Positions 36,501 through 50,809 of a DNA stretch of 64,000 bases are shown here, piece after piece; position 1 is the first letter of the stretch; the number at the start of each line of letters is the position of its first letter. The notes beneath the pieces are model-generated. The model was not told the origin of the DNA. It searched no databases and saw only the letters and a program-made list of their open reading frames with translations. The translations under genes were made by a program, and so were the position numbers. This DNA is from Mobula hypostoma (taxonomy: Eukaryota): assembly GCF_963921235.1 (NCBI RefSeq), contig NC_086108.1, positions 15,562,001 to 15,626,000 of the forward strand. The letters are read 5' to 3'.

Positions 36501-38535
36501 GTAGTGATATTTCAGGAATTAACTACATTCTGGAATTGCTCTGCAGTGGTCCCCAACCTCTGGGCCGCAGACCAATACTGGACCACGAAGCATGCAGGGG
36601 TGCAGCGGTAGCTAGAGCGCACCCAGCACATCTTTAAGAAAAAAGCCGAAATAAACAAGCTAAATAATTAGGTGCCGCCCAGCACATAAATGTCAGCCCA
36701 GATCAGAGGTGATTGCCGATTTCACTTGCTCTACGTGATGTTCACTCCTCTTTCCAGGGCGCTGTTCCATTGTTTGGTCAATTTAAACGCCAGCCCAGAC
36801 AGGCTGAAAAGACAGGGCTGTCAGAATCGAGGTGACATGTTGAATCTACACAAACTTCTAATAAAGTATAGGCGCTGCCATGCTTTCTTTCCAATGACAG
36901 TTACGTGCTGGTCCCAAGACAGATCCTCTGACACTTTTCAGAGAGAGAAACGTCGATCCTTAATGCTGAAGAATTTTAAGTTGTTGACCCTCTCCACCTC
37001 AGTTCCTCTAATGAAGACTGGCTTCTGGGCGGCACCTAACTAATTAGCTTTTTTATTTCGGCTTTTTTTCTTAAAGATGTGCTGGGTGCGCTCTGGCTAC
37101 CACTGCAGTCCTGCATGCTTCGCGGCCCGGTATCGGTCCACGGTCCAGAGCTTGGGGACCACTGCTCCAGAGGACTAGAAGATTGCATTGTCACTCCACT
37201 GTTTAAGAAGGGTGGGAGGCAGAATAAAGAAATTTACAGGCTGGTTAGCCTGACTTCAGTGGATGGAAAGATTTTGTAGCCCATTGTTACGTCTGAGGTT
37301 TTGGAGTACTTGGGCCATATGATAAAATAGGCCAATAGCGGCATGGTTTTCTTAAAGGGAAATCTTACCTGCCAAATCTGTTGGAATATTTGAAGTAGTA
37401 ACAGGCAGGACAGACAAAGGAAAGTCAGTGGATGTTGTTTATTTGGATTTTCAGAAGACCATTGACAAGGTGACGTACGCTTAACAAGATAAGAGCCCGT
37501 GGTATTAGAGGAAAGATACCAGTATGGATAGAGGATTGGCTGACTGGCAGGAGGCAAAGAGTGGGGATAAAGGGGGCTTTTTCTGATTGGCTGCCTGTGT
37601 TGGGACCATTTCTTTTCAAGTTATATGACAATGATTTGGATGACAAAAGCGATGGTTTTGTGGCCCAGTTTGTGGACAGTAGGAAGATAGGTGGAGGGGC
37701 AGGTAGTCTGCAGAAGGACTTAGATAAGGAGAAGAGAAATGATAGGAGGAATACGGTGTATGAAAGTATATGATCATGCACTTCGTAAAGGAATGAAGGT
37801 GTGAACTATTTTCTAAATGGAGAAAATCAGAAACCATCGGTGCAAAGGGACTAGGGAGTAATCACACAGGATTCCCTAAAGATTAACTGCAGACTGAGTT
37901 AATGGTAGGGAAGGCAAATGCAATGTTAGCATCATTTTGAGAGGACTAGAATATAAGAGCAAAAATGTAATGCTGAGGCCTTATAATGCATAGGTCAGAC
38001 TGCACTTCAATGCTATGAACAGTTTTGGGCCCCTTATCTAAGAAAGGATGTGCTGGCATTGGAGAGGAGCCAGAGGAGGTTCATGAGAATGATTCCAGGA
38101 ATGAAAGGGTTAGTGTATGAGAAGCATTTGTTGGCTCTGGCCCTGGACCTGGAGTTTAGAAGCACGAGGGGGATCTCATTGAAGCCTACCGAATATTGAA
38201 AATCCTTGATAGTGGATGTGGAGAGGATGTTTCCTATAGTGGTGGGACTTGGACCAGAGAGCACAGCCTAAGAAATGTACCTTTAGAACAGAGATGAGGG
38301 AGGTATTTTTTTAGCCAGAGGGTGGTGAATCTGTGGAATTCATTGCCAAAGATGTGTGGAGGCTATGTTAGTGCTATATTTAAAGTGAAGATTGATAGAT
38401 TCTTGATTAGTAAGGGCATCAAATGTTTCCGGGAGAAGGAAGAGGAATGGGGTTGAGAGGGATAATAAATCAGCCATAATGAAATGATGGAGACATGATG
38501 GGCTGAATGGGCTAATTCCTATGTCTTATGGTCTA
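33600..38535 (+). mobile_element. Near full-length but decayed CR1 (ORF1 zinc finger/esterase and ORF2) with nested insertions
   Basis: VVVGDS..PGA..HIRIND..ISGLLP (esterase), EN and RT remnants, and a TATGTCTTATGGTCT tail. Interrupted by a SINE (about 33795-34060), a LINE tail (about 35620-35840) and a hAT MITE. Confidence 0.85.
36544..37164. mobile_element. hAT/Charlie-like MITE with long inverted arms and an internal Rex1 fragment
   Basis: TIR CAGTGGTCCCCAA..TTGGGGACCACTG with ~140-bp inverted arms. The right flank CTCCAGAG resembles the Charlie NTCTAGAN target. CR1 ORF2 continues on both sides. Confidence 0.85.
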
Positions 38536-40144
38536 ATATGCTTACTTAATTGTTTAAAATTATTTTCCCTGTCTCATGCTTTAATTTTCCCAGGTTTGTA
38601 TAGTAACTTGTTTTAAATTATTAGTTTAAGTTTCTGCTTCCTGCATAAAGTCAGTAGTAATTAACAATATTAGTGCACTGTACTTCAGGTCTACATGTGA
38701 AAGTTCCTTAGCCATTTTGTGATATCACCCCATCTCTACACAATCTCTGCTAATGTGCTACTGCTTCTTCAGACCTCTCTTCAAGTGAACCACAGCTATT
38801 TAATTTAGAGTTTTGTTAACATGAGTCACTATTTAGTGATTAGTGGATCCATTCCAGATCCTTCTTAACCTATGTCCAATCAAGCCAATTATTTTCTATG
38901 GAGAATATGACCTGCTTGTATATTACAGCACCTCACATTGCTGTATTTTACAACTTGGTCATTCTGAAAGTTCATTATTGTCTCTGCTGTGGTGCAGATT
39001 CCCTCAGTGTTAAATGTGAGCAGAGCTGCAATTTGATCGTGTACTGTGAAAAAAGCATCTATTTTGCAGCTCTCCATGAAATCAAAGAATCTTCTTCAGC
39101 CTTTTCAGGTCACTCATAACACTAAAGTTAAAACTAGCCATTCAGTGAAATGTCACTTGATCAGAAGGGCTTTCAAATTCATTCAACAATCTATATTGTT
39201 TAATGTTATTTCCTATACACGAGTATAAAGGGAAATCAAATAATTGTTATTCTAGATCCAATATAGCACAAAAACACAAAAGATAAAGAACACAATAGCT
39301 TAAAAAACAGAATAAATATCTATACATAACATTTAGTTTCCACATTCTTTAGAACTGAAAAAGCACAAAGCCTGAAACAAGATGTGTGACACCTTGCACT
39401 GGAATATTAGTTTCCTGCTGTGAATCAATAGGAACTGCTTGCGGGAACCAACACTTTCTCAGGCCAGCTTTCCCTATGATTGTTACATCTTCAGACTGGA
39501 AATTATAATAGTGAAGTCTATTGCTGTGGAAAAACTCATTGGTTTCTTATGATTCTGTGGTGCCCACCAGTTTAAGGTTCATGGCATGGGTATCCTTTCT
39601 CAAGGATGCCCCTGTTTTCCCTCACCCTCACCAGTGGATGGTTTTCTCGTGCCAGCAGAAATCCGTACACCTCAGACTGTTACTGCAGCTTTTCTCATGA
39701 ATTACGGCAAGCTCTCTTCCTTATGTGTCTCGAGGTTGCTTATGTCTGAGGGAGAAGTTCAGACATGGGATAAGCTTTGGTAAGCTTAGCCTACCTAAGC
39801 TTATCCCATTTGTCTGTGTTTGGCCAATATCTCTAAACCCAGTATTTGCCCAGTGTAATAGATGTTGTAATCGTGCCTGCCTCTACCACATCGTCTGAAG
39901 TCTCGTTCCACTTCTCCACCACTCTTCTGTGTGGAAAAACTAGCCCCTCAAGACCCCTTTAAATTTTTCTCCTTTCACCTTCAAAGTTTATCGTCTAGTT
40001 TTAGTGCAGGAAGCAAACAGAAGTATGAGTATGATTGATGAAGGACAGATATGAAGGCCCATGGTAAGTTCACTGAGCTTGTGGAAAAGTCAGGGTTTAC
40101 CTTTATTCGCTGCCTCTCCTGTCTGTGGGGTATGGAGGTATTTA

Positions 40145-40297
40145 ACACCATAAGATGTAGGAGCAGAAGTAAGCCATTTGGCCCATCGAGTCTGCTCCGC
40201 TATTCAATCATGGGCTGATCCAATTCTTCCAGTCATCCCCACTCCCCTGCCTTCTCCCCGTACCCTTTGATGCCCTGGCTAATCAAGAACCTATTTC
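40145..40297 (-). mobile_element. CR1 3' terminal fragment
   Basis: ACCATAAGA..GGAGCAGAAGTAAGCCATT, reverse complement of the family at 62445-62687. Confidence 0.8.
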
Positions 40298-40429
40298 TTT
40301 CAAACAGCCCTCCCAGTGAACTGTCATGCTTAGTTTGGCCTGGGGAAAACCAGGACCTGAGAGAGAATGGAGTGAAGAATCCACTGCCCAACATATGGTG
40401 CATTGATGGGCTTCAACTTTCTCTCAATT

Positions 40430-43000
40430 GAATAGACATAGAAAAGTACAGCACAGGAACAGCCCCTTTGGCCCATCTAGTCCATGCCGAAAAATTTAAA
40501 CTGCCTACTCCCATCGACCTGCACTGTGCAGCACCTTGCACTGGTCTGCATTAAATTCCAACTGCTATTTTTCAGCCCATTTTCTGACTAGTCCAGATCC
40601 CTCTGCAAGCTCTGATAGTCTTCCTCGCTGTCCACTACACCCCCAATCTTGGTGTCATCCCCAGATTTCGTGATCCAGTTAACCATATTATTGTCCAGAT
40701 CATTGATACAGATGACAAACAACATTAGACCCAGCACCAGTCCCTGTGGCACTTCACTAGTCACAGGCCTCCAGAGAGCAAGGCAACCATCTACTACAAT
40801 TCTCTGGCTTCTCCTACAAAGCCAATGTCTAATCCAATTTATGGCTGAGTGGCTGAACCATCTTGACCAGCCTCCCATGCAGGACCTTGGTCAAATACCT
40901 TGCTAAAGTCAATGTAGACACCATTCACTGCTTTGCCTTCATCAACCTTTCTTGTAACGTCCTTGAAAAACTTCATAAGGTTAGTTAGACACAACCTACT
41001 AATCACAGAGCTATGCGAACTGTCCCTAATCATTCCATGTCTATCCAAATGCTCATATATCCGGTCCCTTAGAATAGCTTCCAATAACTTTCCCTCTATT
41101 GATGTCAGGCTTTACCAGCCTATATTTTCCTGGTTTATATTTAGAGCCTTTTTAAACAGCAGAACAACATTAATATCTGTGCTAGGGCCCCTGCAATTTC
41201 TGCACTTGCCTCCCATAGGGTCCAAAGGAATATCTGTCAGACCCTAATTATCCATCCTAATTTGCCTCAAGATAGCAAACACCTCCTCCTCTTTATAGGG
41301 TCCATGAAGTGGATGCTGCTTTGTCTCACTTCTGTAGACACTGTGTCTGTCTCCTGAGTAAATACAGATGCAAAAGAAATCTGTTTAAAACCTTTCCATC
41401 TCTTTTGGTTCTACTCATGAATTACCATTCTGATCTTCCAGAGAACCAACTTGCAATTCTTTTGCTTTTAACATTTCTGTAGAATCTCTTAGGGATTTTC
41501 CTTTACCTTGTCTTCTAGGGCAACATCATAACTTCTTTTAGCCCTGCTGATTTCTTTCCTAATTGTTCCTTTTTTTTCTTAAAGGGCTTTCATATCTCTT
41601 GTAAACCAGGGTTTCCTAAATCTTTTATTTTTACATTTTATTTTGACAGGCACATACAAGCTTTGTACTCTCAAAAATGTCACTTTTGAAGTCCTCCCAC
41701 TTACCAAATGTACACTTGTCTAAAAACAGCCTGTCTCAAATCCACACTTGCCAGATCATATCTGATACCATTGAAATTGGCCTTTCTCCAATTTAGAATC
41801 TCAACCCAAGGATCAGACCTATATTTTTGTATATTTAGTCTGAAAATAATGCCATTGTGATCACTAGATGTAAAGTGTGCCCCTGCACAAACTTCTGTCA
41901 TGTGCCCTGTCTCATTCCCTAATAGCAGATCAAATATCCACACACTCTCTTGTTGGGACTTCCACGTACTGATTAAGAAAACCTTCCTGAACACATTTGA
42001 CGAACTCTATTCCATCTAGTCCTTTTACAGTATGTGACTCCCAGTCAATATGTGGAAAGTTCTGATCACCTACTATAACAACTTTATGTTTCTTGCTACA
42101 GTCTTCGATCTCTCTACACATTTGTTCCTCTAAGTCCCACAGACTGCTGGGTGGCATATAATATAACCCCATTAACGTGGTAATACCTTTCTTATTCCTC
42201 AGTTCCACCCATAACGCCTCACTACATGAGTTCTCCATTCAGTCCTGGCTGAGCACTACCTTGACATTTTCGCTGACAAGTAAGGCAACCCCTCCTCCTT
42301 TAATCCCTCCCATTTTGTTGCATCTAAAACAACAGAACCCCAAAATACTGAGCTGCCAGTCCTGGCTCTCCTGCAACTAATGGCTACAATATCATAACTC
42401 CATGTGTTGATCCATGCCCTGAGCTCATCTGCTTTTCCTATGATACTTTTTGCATTGAAATATACGCAGCTTTGGACATTAGTTGCACCATGCTCAACCT
42501 TTTGATTCCTGACTTTGAAGTCTTAGCAAGAACTATAACAAGATCTATGTCCACAACCTCTCCATTATCTGTTCTGGCACCCTGTTTCCCAACCCCCTAG
42601 TATAAACTACCCCTCGCACCCGCCCCCCCCCCAGTCAAGCAGCAGTGACAAACTTTCCCAGTAGGATAGTAGTCCCCCTCCAGAACAGGTGCAAACTGTA
42701 TCTTCTCTACAGATCCCATCTGCCCTGAAAGAGAGCCCAATAAGCCAGAATCTGATGCCCTCCCTCCTACACCAATTCGTTAGCCACATGTTAAACTGTA
42801 AGTGTTTGATCTTCCTACTTCTGGCCTACTAACATGTGGGACAGGTAGCAATCCTGAGATCACAACCCTATAGGTCCTGTCCTATAAGTTAACACCTAAC
42901 TCACTGAATTCCCTATGCAGAAGCTGTTCACTCTTCCTATCTATGTCATTGGTCCCTATATAGATTACGATTACCAACTGTTTATCCTCCCACTTATAGG
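40430..43000 (-). mobile_element. Decayed CR1 with internal deletions (ORF1 end, EN, RT)
   Basis: EALWVELRNKKG, DLLLGNETG, YIDFSKVFD, VTSEVPQG and GDDTKIGG. Confidence 0.88.
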
Positions 43001-44179
43001 ACATAATGTAAAAGTATGAAAAGAATCATAAGGATGAGCTCTTGGAAAGTCAAGGTGAGCTTGTTCTGCTGTGCAGGAATTCTGCTTTATTTCAGCTTGT
43101 TTTGTCCATTTCAAATAACTCTCGCTTTGAAGCCCCAGTGGCTGCTGCAGAATAAATCTGGGAAGCATTTTCACACAGTGTCCATAACATCACATGTCAC
43201 CATTCAAAAATAGCTGTCTGTATTTAATTCACAGGACTCCTTCAAGGTTTCAATACAATTCCCTCACTGCTGAACTGCAGACAGAAATGTTTTGCATCAT
43301 TAAAAAGAATCCTACTGGTGGTGAGATTATAGAACTGGATTTGTCTCCAATTAAATGGCTGAGCTTTCCAGCTTTCTTCTTTGGAAAGATGTAACTATGG
43401 TATAAAAGCAGAAAATGCTGGAAGTACTCGTAGGTCAGACTTTGTGGTAAGAAAAACAAAATAAGCAACTTTGGTCAAAGACTCTTTGTCAATTCTGACT
43501 GGTCATTGATGTGAAATTTATCTCCTTTTTCTCTTTAATCCAGCTCATTAATTTCCTTTGGATTCAATGGCCTTCACTTTCCTGATTGATTTACCTCAAG
43601 AAATTTTGTAAAACTCTTTGTTAAATTAATCAAATATGTTGTCCTCACTGTTTTCATCTCAAAAATAAAATCAGCCATTGATCAAATACAATTCTTAGCA
43701 AATCCATTTGTTTATCCTTGAATACTGTGTGTCTCTCTAAATGCTGGTGCTGTTTTTTTGAACATTTTCTAATAATTAGCAGCTCTGAAGTCAGGTGAAC
43801 TTGCTTGTGGTTATACAATCTGTCCCTTTCAACATTTTTAGATAATGATATCACAGCTTTAGCCCCAGTACCATTTCTCTAAGGAAAGAAAGTTGAAAAA
43901 TATAATGTATTTGTGTAACCTGTCATTGTATAATCTCAGAATTCCAGCTGTTAGTTGGTAAATCTGTAGTACATAGAGCTCCCTTTCAGATATTAAGTTG
44001 TCACTTCCACAATTTCTCTTTCTGTTACTGTATTTCAGGTGTGAACTACTAGGACTTTTTTGACATTTACAAGCATTCTATTATAAAAACAAATTGCTGG
44101 AAATCCTTAACAAATCAGGTAGCATTTGTGGAGAGAGAAACAGTTAATGTTTCAGATTCAAAAAAACCTTAGGATAGAT

Positions 44180-45110
44180 AATTCCCTGGGACTGGAATGG
44201 ATGTACCAGAGGTTACTGTGGGAAGTAAGGGAAGAGATTGCTATGCCATTGACAATGATCATTGTGTACGCCCTGGCTACAGGAGTGGTGTCAGAGGATT
44301 GATGGATGGCAAATATCCCATTGCTCAAGGAAGGTAATAGGGATAAACCTGAGAATTATAGAGAAATTAATCTGATGTCGGTGGTGGTTAAACTATTAAA
44401 GAGGACTCTTCGGGACAGGACTTAGGAGTATTTGGAAAATCATGGTCTTATTAGGGATATTCAGTATGGATATGTGAGGAACGCATCATGCCTCGCGAGC
44501 CTAATTAAATTTTTGCAAGGAGATGATAAAATATGTTGATGAAAATAGAATGATGGATGTGAAGTATATGGACTTTTGTAAGGCATTTGACAAGGTTCAT
44601 CACAGGAAGGATGTGGAAGCTTTGGAAAGGGCAGAGAGAAGATTTACCAGGATGCTGCCTGTTTTAGAGAACACACATTGCGATGAAAGGCTGAATGAGC
44701 TAGGGCTTTTCTCTTTGGAGTGATAGAGGATGAGAGGTGTGTAAGATTATGAAATACATGGAGAGAGTGGAGAGGCTGCACCTTTTTCCCAGGGCAACAA
44801 TGGCCAATACCAGAGGACATCCATTGAAGGTAAGTGGAAAAATGTTTAGGAGAGGTGTCAGAGCTAGGTTTTTTGCATAGAGTGATGGGTCCCTGGATTG
44901 GACTGCCAAGGGTGGTGGTAGAGGCTGATACACTAGGGACGTTTCAAAGACTCTTAGATAGTGACATGGATGTAAGAAAATGGAAGCCTATGGACTGTGT
45001 AGGGGAGAAGGATTAGATTGATTGTGGATTAGGTTTACACAGGTCAGCAAAACATTGTGGATTGAAGGGCCCATACTTTGTTGTACTGTTTTATGTTCTA
45101 TATTCTATGA
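44180..45110 (+). mobile_element. Internally deleted CR1 ORF2 fragment and 3' end
   Basis: YMDFCKAFDKVH is fused directly to RKDVEALERAERRFTRML. Confidence 0.85.
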
Positions 45111-45540
45111 TAGCCTTTCTTCAGAACTATTTCTTTGGCCCACTGCTGGTTATCTTCAGTGTATTTGGTGAACAATTGCTATGTCATACAATAGCAAACA
45201 TTCTCAATGGCCATATTGAGTGTCCATCAGCCAATGCTGAACTTCAGTCATCAACAACAGGCGGGCAATTTGTGTTTTTTCTACAGTCTGGCTTTCCTAA
45301 AGCTTGGCCAATGCAGATATTTTGTCCCATCTGAGACTTCTTCAGCAAGACACATTATCTAGGGAGTGGGTTGAAGTAAACACAATGAGGAATAGCCCGT
45401 GGTCAATGTGGTCAGCTGATGCACATACCACCATGAAACAGTGAGTGTGGAAACTATTTCGAGAATAGAAGGTGACAGAAAGATGAATTTCAATACCAGC
45501 TCATTTTACCTACTTCTATTTCCCTTTGCTCAGCCAATAC

Positions 45541-46215
45541 CACTGGGCAACAAATATTTTCCTCAGATTTTTTTCTGTTTATGATAAGCCGCTTGAAGCT
45601 GAACACATATAATTTTAGACTATTTGTATCATGTAGGAATTTGGCGAAACAAGAAATTAACTTTTATTGAAAGTAATGCATTTAATTGCATATTGGTGCT
45701 GACACTTTACAATACTTCAACTATGCTAAAAATGTTTTGTTGATGATTTACATTTGTACTCAGTGCCTGAAGCTTCTCGCTTAAGTGTCCAACAATAATC
45801 AGCCAGCACTGATGGATTCCGGCTGCCCTGATACCATTTCCTCCATGACTACAATGGCCTGGTGAAACCTTTTGTATGCTTGAAGCATGTGGTCAACCAG
45901 CTGCATGTAGTTTGCTGCTCTGTAGTTGCCATGAAAATTTTCAACATTGTCGAATACTTTCCATGCAAATTTCTCCAGTCCCACCAGAAGTTCTTCGAAT
46001 TGCCTGTACTGATTTGTGGACCAACAAAAACACCTTCCTTAATCTTGGCATCAGTTATTCTGACTTGAATTATGGATTGAAATAACAAATGTAGGTGATT
46101 TTTTAAAAAAATAGTGTATATAGTGAAATTCAATGGTGATTTTCATGATCAGCAGCCCAAAATCCATAAGGTGCACCCAAAAATATTCAGGAAGCAAAAT
46201 CTATGTTGTCCAGTG
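45541..46215 (-). mobile_element. Chapaev3-like (CMC superfamily) DNA transposon deletion derivative
   Basis: 20-bp TIRs CACTGGGCAACAAATATTTT / CACTGGACAACATAGATTTT (17/20). Transposase remnants ITDAKIKEGVFVGPQI, EKFAW..NFHGN..NY..LV..ML.AY, RFHQ and YQG..SVLADYCWTLKRE. Family name is from recollection. Confidence 0.72.
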
Positions 46216-46642
46216 TTATTAGGTACTTGAGAGTATTTGAATAATATCTATAAACTTTGTGCCCACTGCTGTAATCATTTCCAAACAAATTCCCAGAGAT
46301 TCTTTATATAAAACTATTCAGTTCAACCATTTCAACATTTTGAATAACTCCATCTTAAACAGATGACTCTTGTATTTCCGAATAACAGATTTCAGAATAA
46401 ACGAATGAGAATTATCCAGTTTCCCTTCATCTTTCCTAAATAGTGCAACGTTTTCCAATCTGTAGGAATGGGTAATATGATGAGAAAACTTTGGAAGATT
46501 CTGGTTGGAACTGAGAATTTGTCGCTTTTGTTGCAGTTATTTCTAATATTACGGTTAATTTGTTTAATTTTTGAGGCTCTGTCACTGATTCAATACTGTT
46601 TCTCAAGCTGTCAAAAATGAAGTCCTTCTCATGTGATTGTAT

Positions 46643-48812
46643 AGATAGTATAGAATAGAATAGTATAGCACAGTACAGGCCCTTCGGCCCACAATGTTGT
46701 GCTGACCCTTAAACCCTGCCTCCCATATAACCCCCACCTTAAATTCCTCCATATACCTGTCTAGTAGTGTCTTAAATTTCACTCGTGTACCTACCTCCAC
46801 CACTGACCCAGGCAGTGCATTCCACACACCAACCATTCTCTGAGTAAAAATCCTTCCTCTAATATCCCCCTTGAACTTCCCACCCCTTACCTTAAAGCCA
46901 TGGCCTCTTGTACTGAACAGTGGTGCCCTGGGGAAGAGGCACTGTGTGTCCACTCTATCTATTCCCCTTAATATCTTGTATACCTCTATCATGTCTCCTC
47001 TCATCCTCCTTCTCTCCGAAGAGTAAAGCCCGAGCTCCCTTAATCTCTGATCATAATCCATACTCTCTAAACCAGACAGCATCCTGGTAAATCTCCTCTG
47101 TACCCTTTCCAATGCCTCCACATCCTTCCTATAGTGAGGTGACCAGAACTGGACACAGTACTCCAAGTGTGACCTCACCAGAGTTTTATACAGCTGCATC
47201 ATTACCTCACAACTCTTGAACTCTATCCCTCGACTTATGAAAGCTAACAATCCATAAGCTTTCTTAACTACCCTATCTACCTGTGAGGCAACTTTCAGGG
47301 ATCTGTGGACATGTACCCCCACATCCCTCTGCTCCTCCACACTACCAAGTATCCTGCCATTTACTTTGTACTCTGCCGTGGAGTTTGTCCTTCCAAAGTG
47401 TACCACCTCACACTTCTCCGGGTTGAACTCCATCTACCACTTCTCAGCCCACTTCTGCATCCTATCAATGTCTCTCTGCAATCTTTGACAATCCTCTACA
47501 CTATCCACAACACCACCAACCTTTGTGTTGTCTGCAAACTTGCCAACCTACCCTTCCACCCCCACATCCAGGTCGTCAACAAAAATCACGAAAAGTAGAG
47601 GTCCCAGAACCGATCCTTGTGCGACACCATTAGTCACAACCTTCCAATCTAATGTACTGCCTCCACCACGACCCTCTGCTTTCTGCAGGCAAGCCAATTC
47701 TGAATCCACCTGGCCAAACTTTCCTGGATCCCATGCCTTCTGACTTTCTGAATAAGCCTACCGTGTGGAACCTTGTCAAATGCCTTACTAAAATCCATGT
47801 AGATCACATCCACTGCACTGCCCTCATCTATATGCCTGGTCACCTCCTCAAAGAACTCTATCAGACTTGTTAGACACGATCTGCCCTTCACAAAGCCATG
47901 CTGACTGTCCCTGATCAGACCATGGTTATCTAAATGCCCACAGATCCTATCTCTAAGAATCTTTTCCAGCAGCTTTCCCACCATAGACGTAAGGCTCACT
48001 GGTCTATAATTACCCGGACTATCCCTACTACCTTTTTTGAACAAGGGGACAACATTTGCTTCCCTCCAGTCCTCCGGTACCATTCCCTTGGACAACCAGG
48101 ACATAAAGATCCTAGCCTGAGGCTCAGCAATCTCTTCCCTCACCTCATGGAGCAGCCTGGGGAATATTCCGTCAGGCCCCGGGGACTTATCTGTCCTAAT
48201 GTATTTTAACAACTCCAACACCTCCTCTCCCTTAATATCAACATGCTCCAGATCAACAACCTCACTCATATTTTCCTCACCGTCATCAAGTTCCCTCTCA
48301 TTGCTGAATACCGAAGAGAAGTATTCATTGAGGACCTCTCTCACTTCCACAGCCTCCAGGCACATCTTCCCACCTTTATTTCTAATTGGTCCTATCTTCA
48401 CTCCTGTCGTCCTTTTGTTCTTCACATAATTGAAGAATGCCTTGGGGTTTTCCTTTACCCTACTTGCCAAGGCCTTCTCATGTCCCGTTCTTGCTCTCCT
48501 CAGCCCCTTCTTAAGCTCCTTTCTTGCTATCCTATATTCCTCAATAGACCCATCTGATCCTTGCTTCCTAAACCTCGTGTATGCTGCTTTCTTCCACCTG
48601 ACTTATGTCACCCATGGTTCCTTCACCCTACCATTCATTATTTTCCTCACCAGGATAAATTTATCCCTAACATCCTGCAAGAGATCCCTAAACATCGACC
48701 GCATGTCCATAGTACATTTCCCTGCAAAAACATCATCCCAATTCACACCCGCAAGTTCTAGCCTTATAGCCTCATAATTTGCCCTTTCCCAGTTAAAAAC
48801 TTTCCTGTTCTC
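46643..48812 (-). mobile_element. Young 5'-truncated CR1 (ORF2 largely open: 273 and 276 aa pieces)
   Basis: KSPGPDG, NYRPVSLT, QHGF, DFSKAFDKV and LEYCVQFWSP. The catalytic FADD reads FADN. Confidence 0.93.
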
Positions 48813-49749
48813 GTAATGTAATGAACTGAAAAAGCAAATGACACTTTCTTGTCATACCTTATGTTTTGTATATTTGATTTCCTCCAGTAAGTTGTTTGTT
48901 GCTGAAAAGAACTAGCATTTCTTTTAACCAATGAGAAAATGAAAGTAATTAAAATATATAAAAGCTAAACTAATTATTAGACCAAGAAAACAATTAATTT
49001 TGGAAACATGCAAACAAAGTAGCTGACCAAGCCTTACTTTTCCTCATCCAATCTTCAGGACCAGGAATTCCAATTTGTTACAGACCCCAGACAGGCAGAG
49101 AAGTGTGGACTCCACTCTCAAGATATTACCCTGCCAGCAGCTGTTGTCTTTCAGATGCGATGAAGCTGCATCTGTTCCCTCAAGTAGACACACACTGTTT
49201 GAAAACATCTGCAGTTTAATCACAGCCACTAAACTTTTGGTTTCAAGCAGGTTATCAGCAACTGTACATTCTGGTACTATTAAACTAGCAAACGTGCTTT
49301 AAAGTCCATTCCAAAAAAAGTAGGGCTCAGTATCCTGATTTCATTTGTGTCTGAGAGCGATAGACAGGCATTACCTGCAGTAATCATGTGCAATGAGTAT
49401 AGTGAGGTACAGCGAGAATGGAAAAAATTTGCAGCAGCAGCATAGACATATGGATTCTGACAATGGGGAATATAAATTAAACAAAATAATTAAGTAAAGA
49501 AATAAGGTTAAAAATGCAATCAGAAATAAGTCCATGATAGTACATGAGGTGCTCCATGGTATCTGTTGCTGAAGGAAAGTTAGGGCTGTGAAGGTTGGTT
49601 CAAGAGCATGATGGTTGTAGGAGAGTACAACTGAATCTGGTAGTGTGAGATGTCCTGCCAGATGTTGCAGCGAGGAGAGGGCGTGACCCAAGATAGTGGG
49701 GATCATAAAACTGTATGACATAGGAGAAGAACTAAACCATTCAATGAAA

Positions 49750-50135
49750 TGTAGAAACATAGAAAACCTACAACACAATACAGGCCCTTCGGCCCACAAG
49801 GTTGTGCCGAATATGTCCATACCTTAGAAATTACTAGATTTCTCCATAGCTGTCTATTTTTCTAAGCTCCATGTACCTATCCAAAAGTCTCTTAAAAGAC
49901 CCTATCGTATCTGCCTCCACCACCGTTGCCAGCAGTCCATTCCAGGCACTCACCACTCTCTGAGTAAAAAACCTACCCCTGACATTTCCTCTGTTCCTAC
50001 TCCCCAGCACCTTAAACCTTTGTCCTCTTGTGGCAACCATTTCAGCCCTGGGAAAAAGCCCTGACTATCCATACGATCAATGCCCCTCATCATCTTATAC
50101 ACCTCTATCAGGTCACCTCTCATCCTCTGTCGCTC
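49750..50135 (-). mobile_element. CR1 3' end
   Basis: TAGAAACATAGAAA tail and FFTQRVVSAWNGL. Confidence 0.85.
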
Positions 50136-50809
50136 GAAGTGGATTGCTGGGTGACACGGCTCATTGGACCAGGAGAACCTGTTCCACCTTGTATCTCTAA
50201 ATAAATAAAATTAGAAAATGTTTTTCCTCTGAAAATATTGAACTCATGCTCAGTCTGAAGGCTGTAATCTAGCTCCTCAGAGATGAGGTGGTGTTCCCTT
50301 TCATCATTATACCCTCCTGCTACCTTTACAGTCTGAGGACATGTGAATCTGGCGATCTATCCCTAAGCTGGTCAAGTACAACTTGAATTGAGTCTTGTGC
50401 ATAAGCTCAAACCTTCCACCCAATATCCCAGGCTCTCCTTCAGCAGCTTCAGGAATTTCCAACCCACCAACAGAGCAACGCAATGGTGTGTAGACAGAAG
50501 GATCTAGCCCTGCACAACCTCAGCAGCAACTCTAGTTGTTATGACACATCTTAGCATAAAAAGTAACATGGGCAAGGAGGCATTGATTATCATCTTGTAT
50601 TGTCCCCAAGTTGATCATCACTACTGCTCCTTTCAAAAGCATTATTACCACTTCATCAATAGCCCCTCAGTGGACCCGTAAATAATAACAAGCCATAAAA
50701 GCTGATGTAGTTGGACTGGGCCTTTAACAGTGGTCAGAGGAAAACATTAGGCTCCTTTAATGATCTCCAATCAAAGGTCCACAAACAGAGCTGTCCTGGT
50801 AGATCTATT

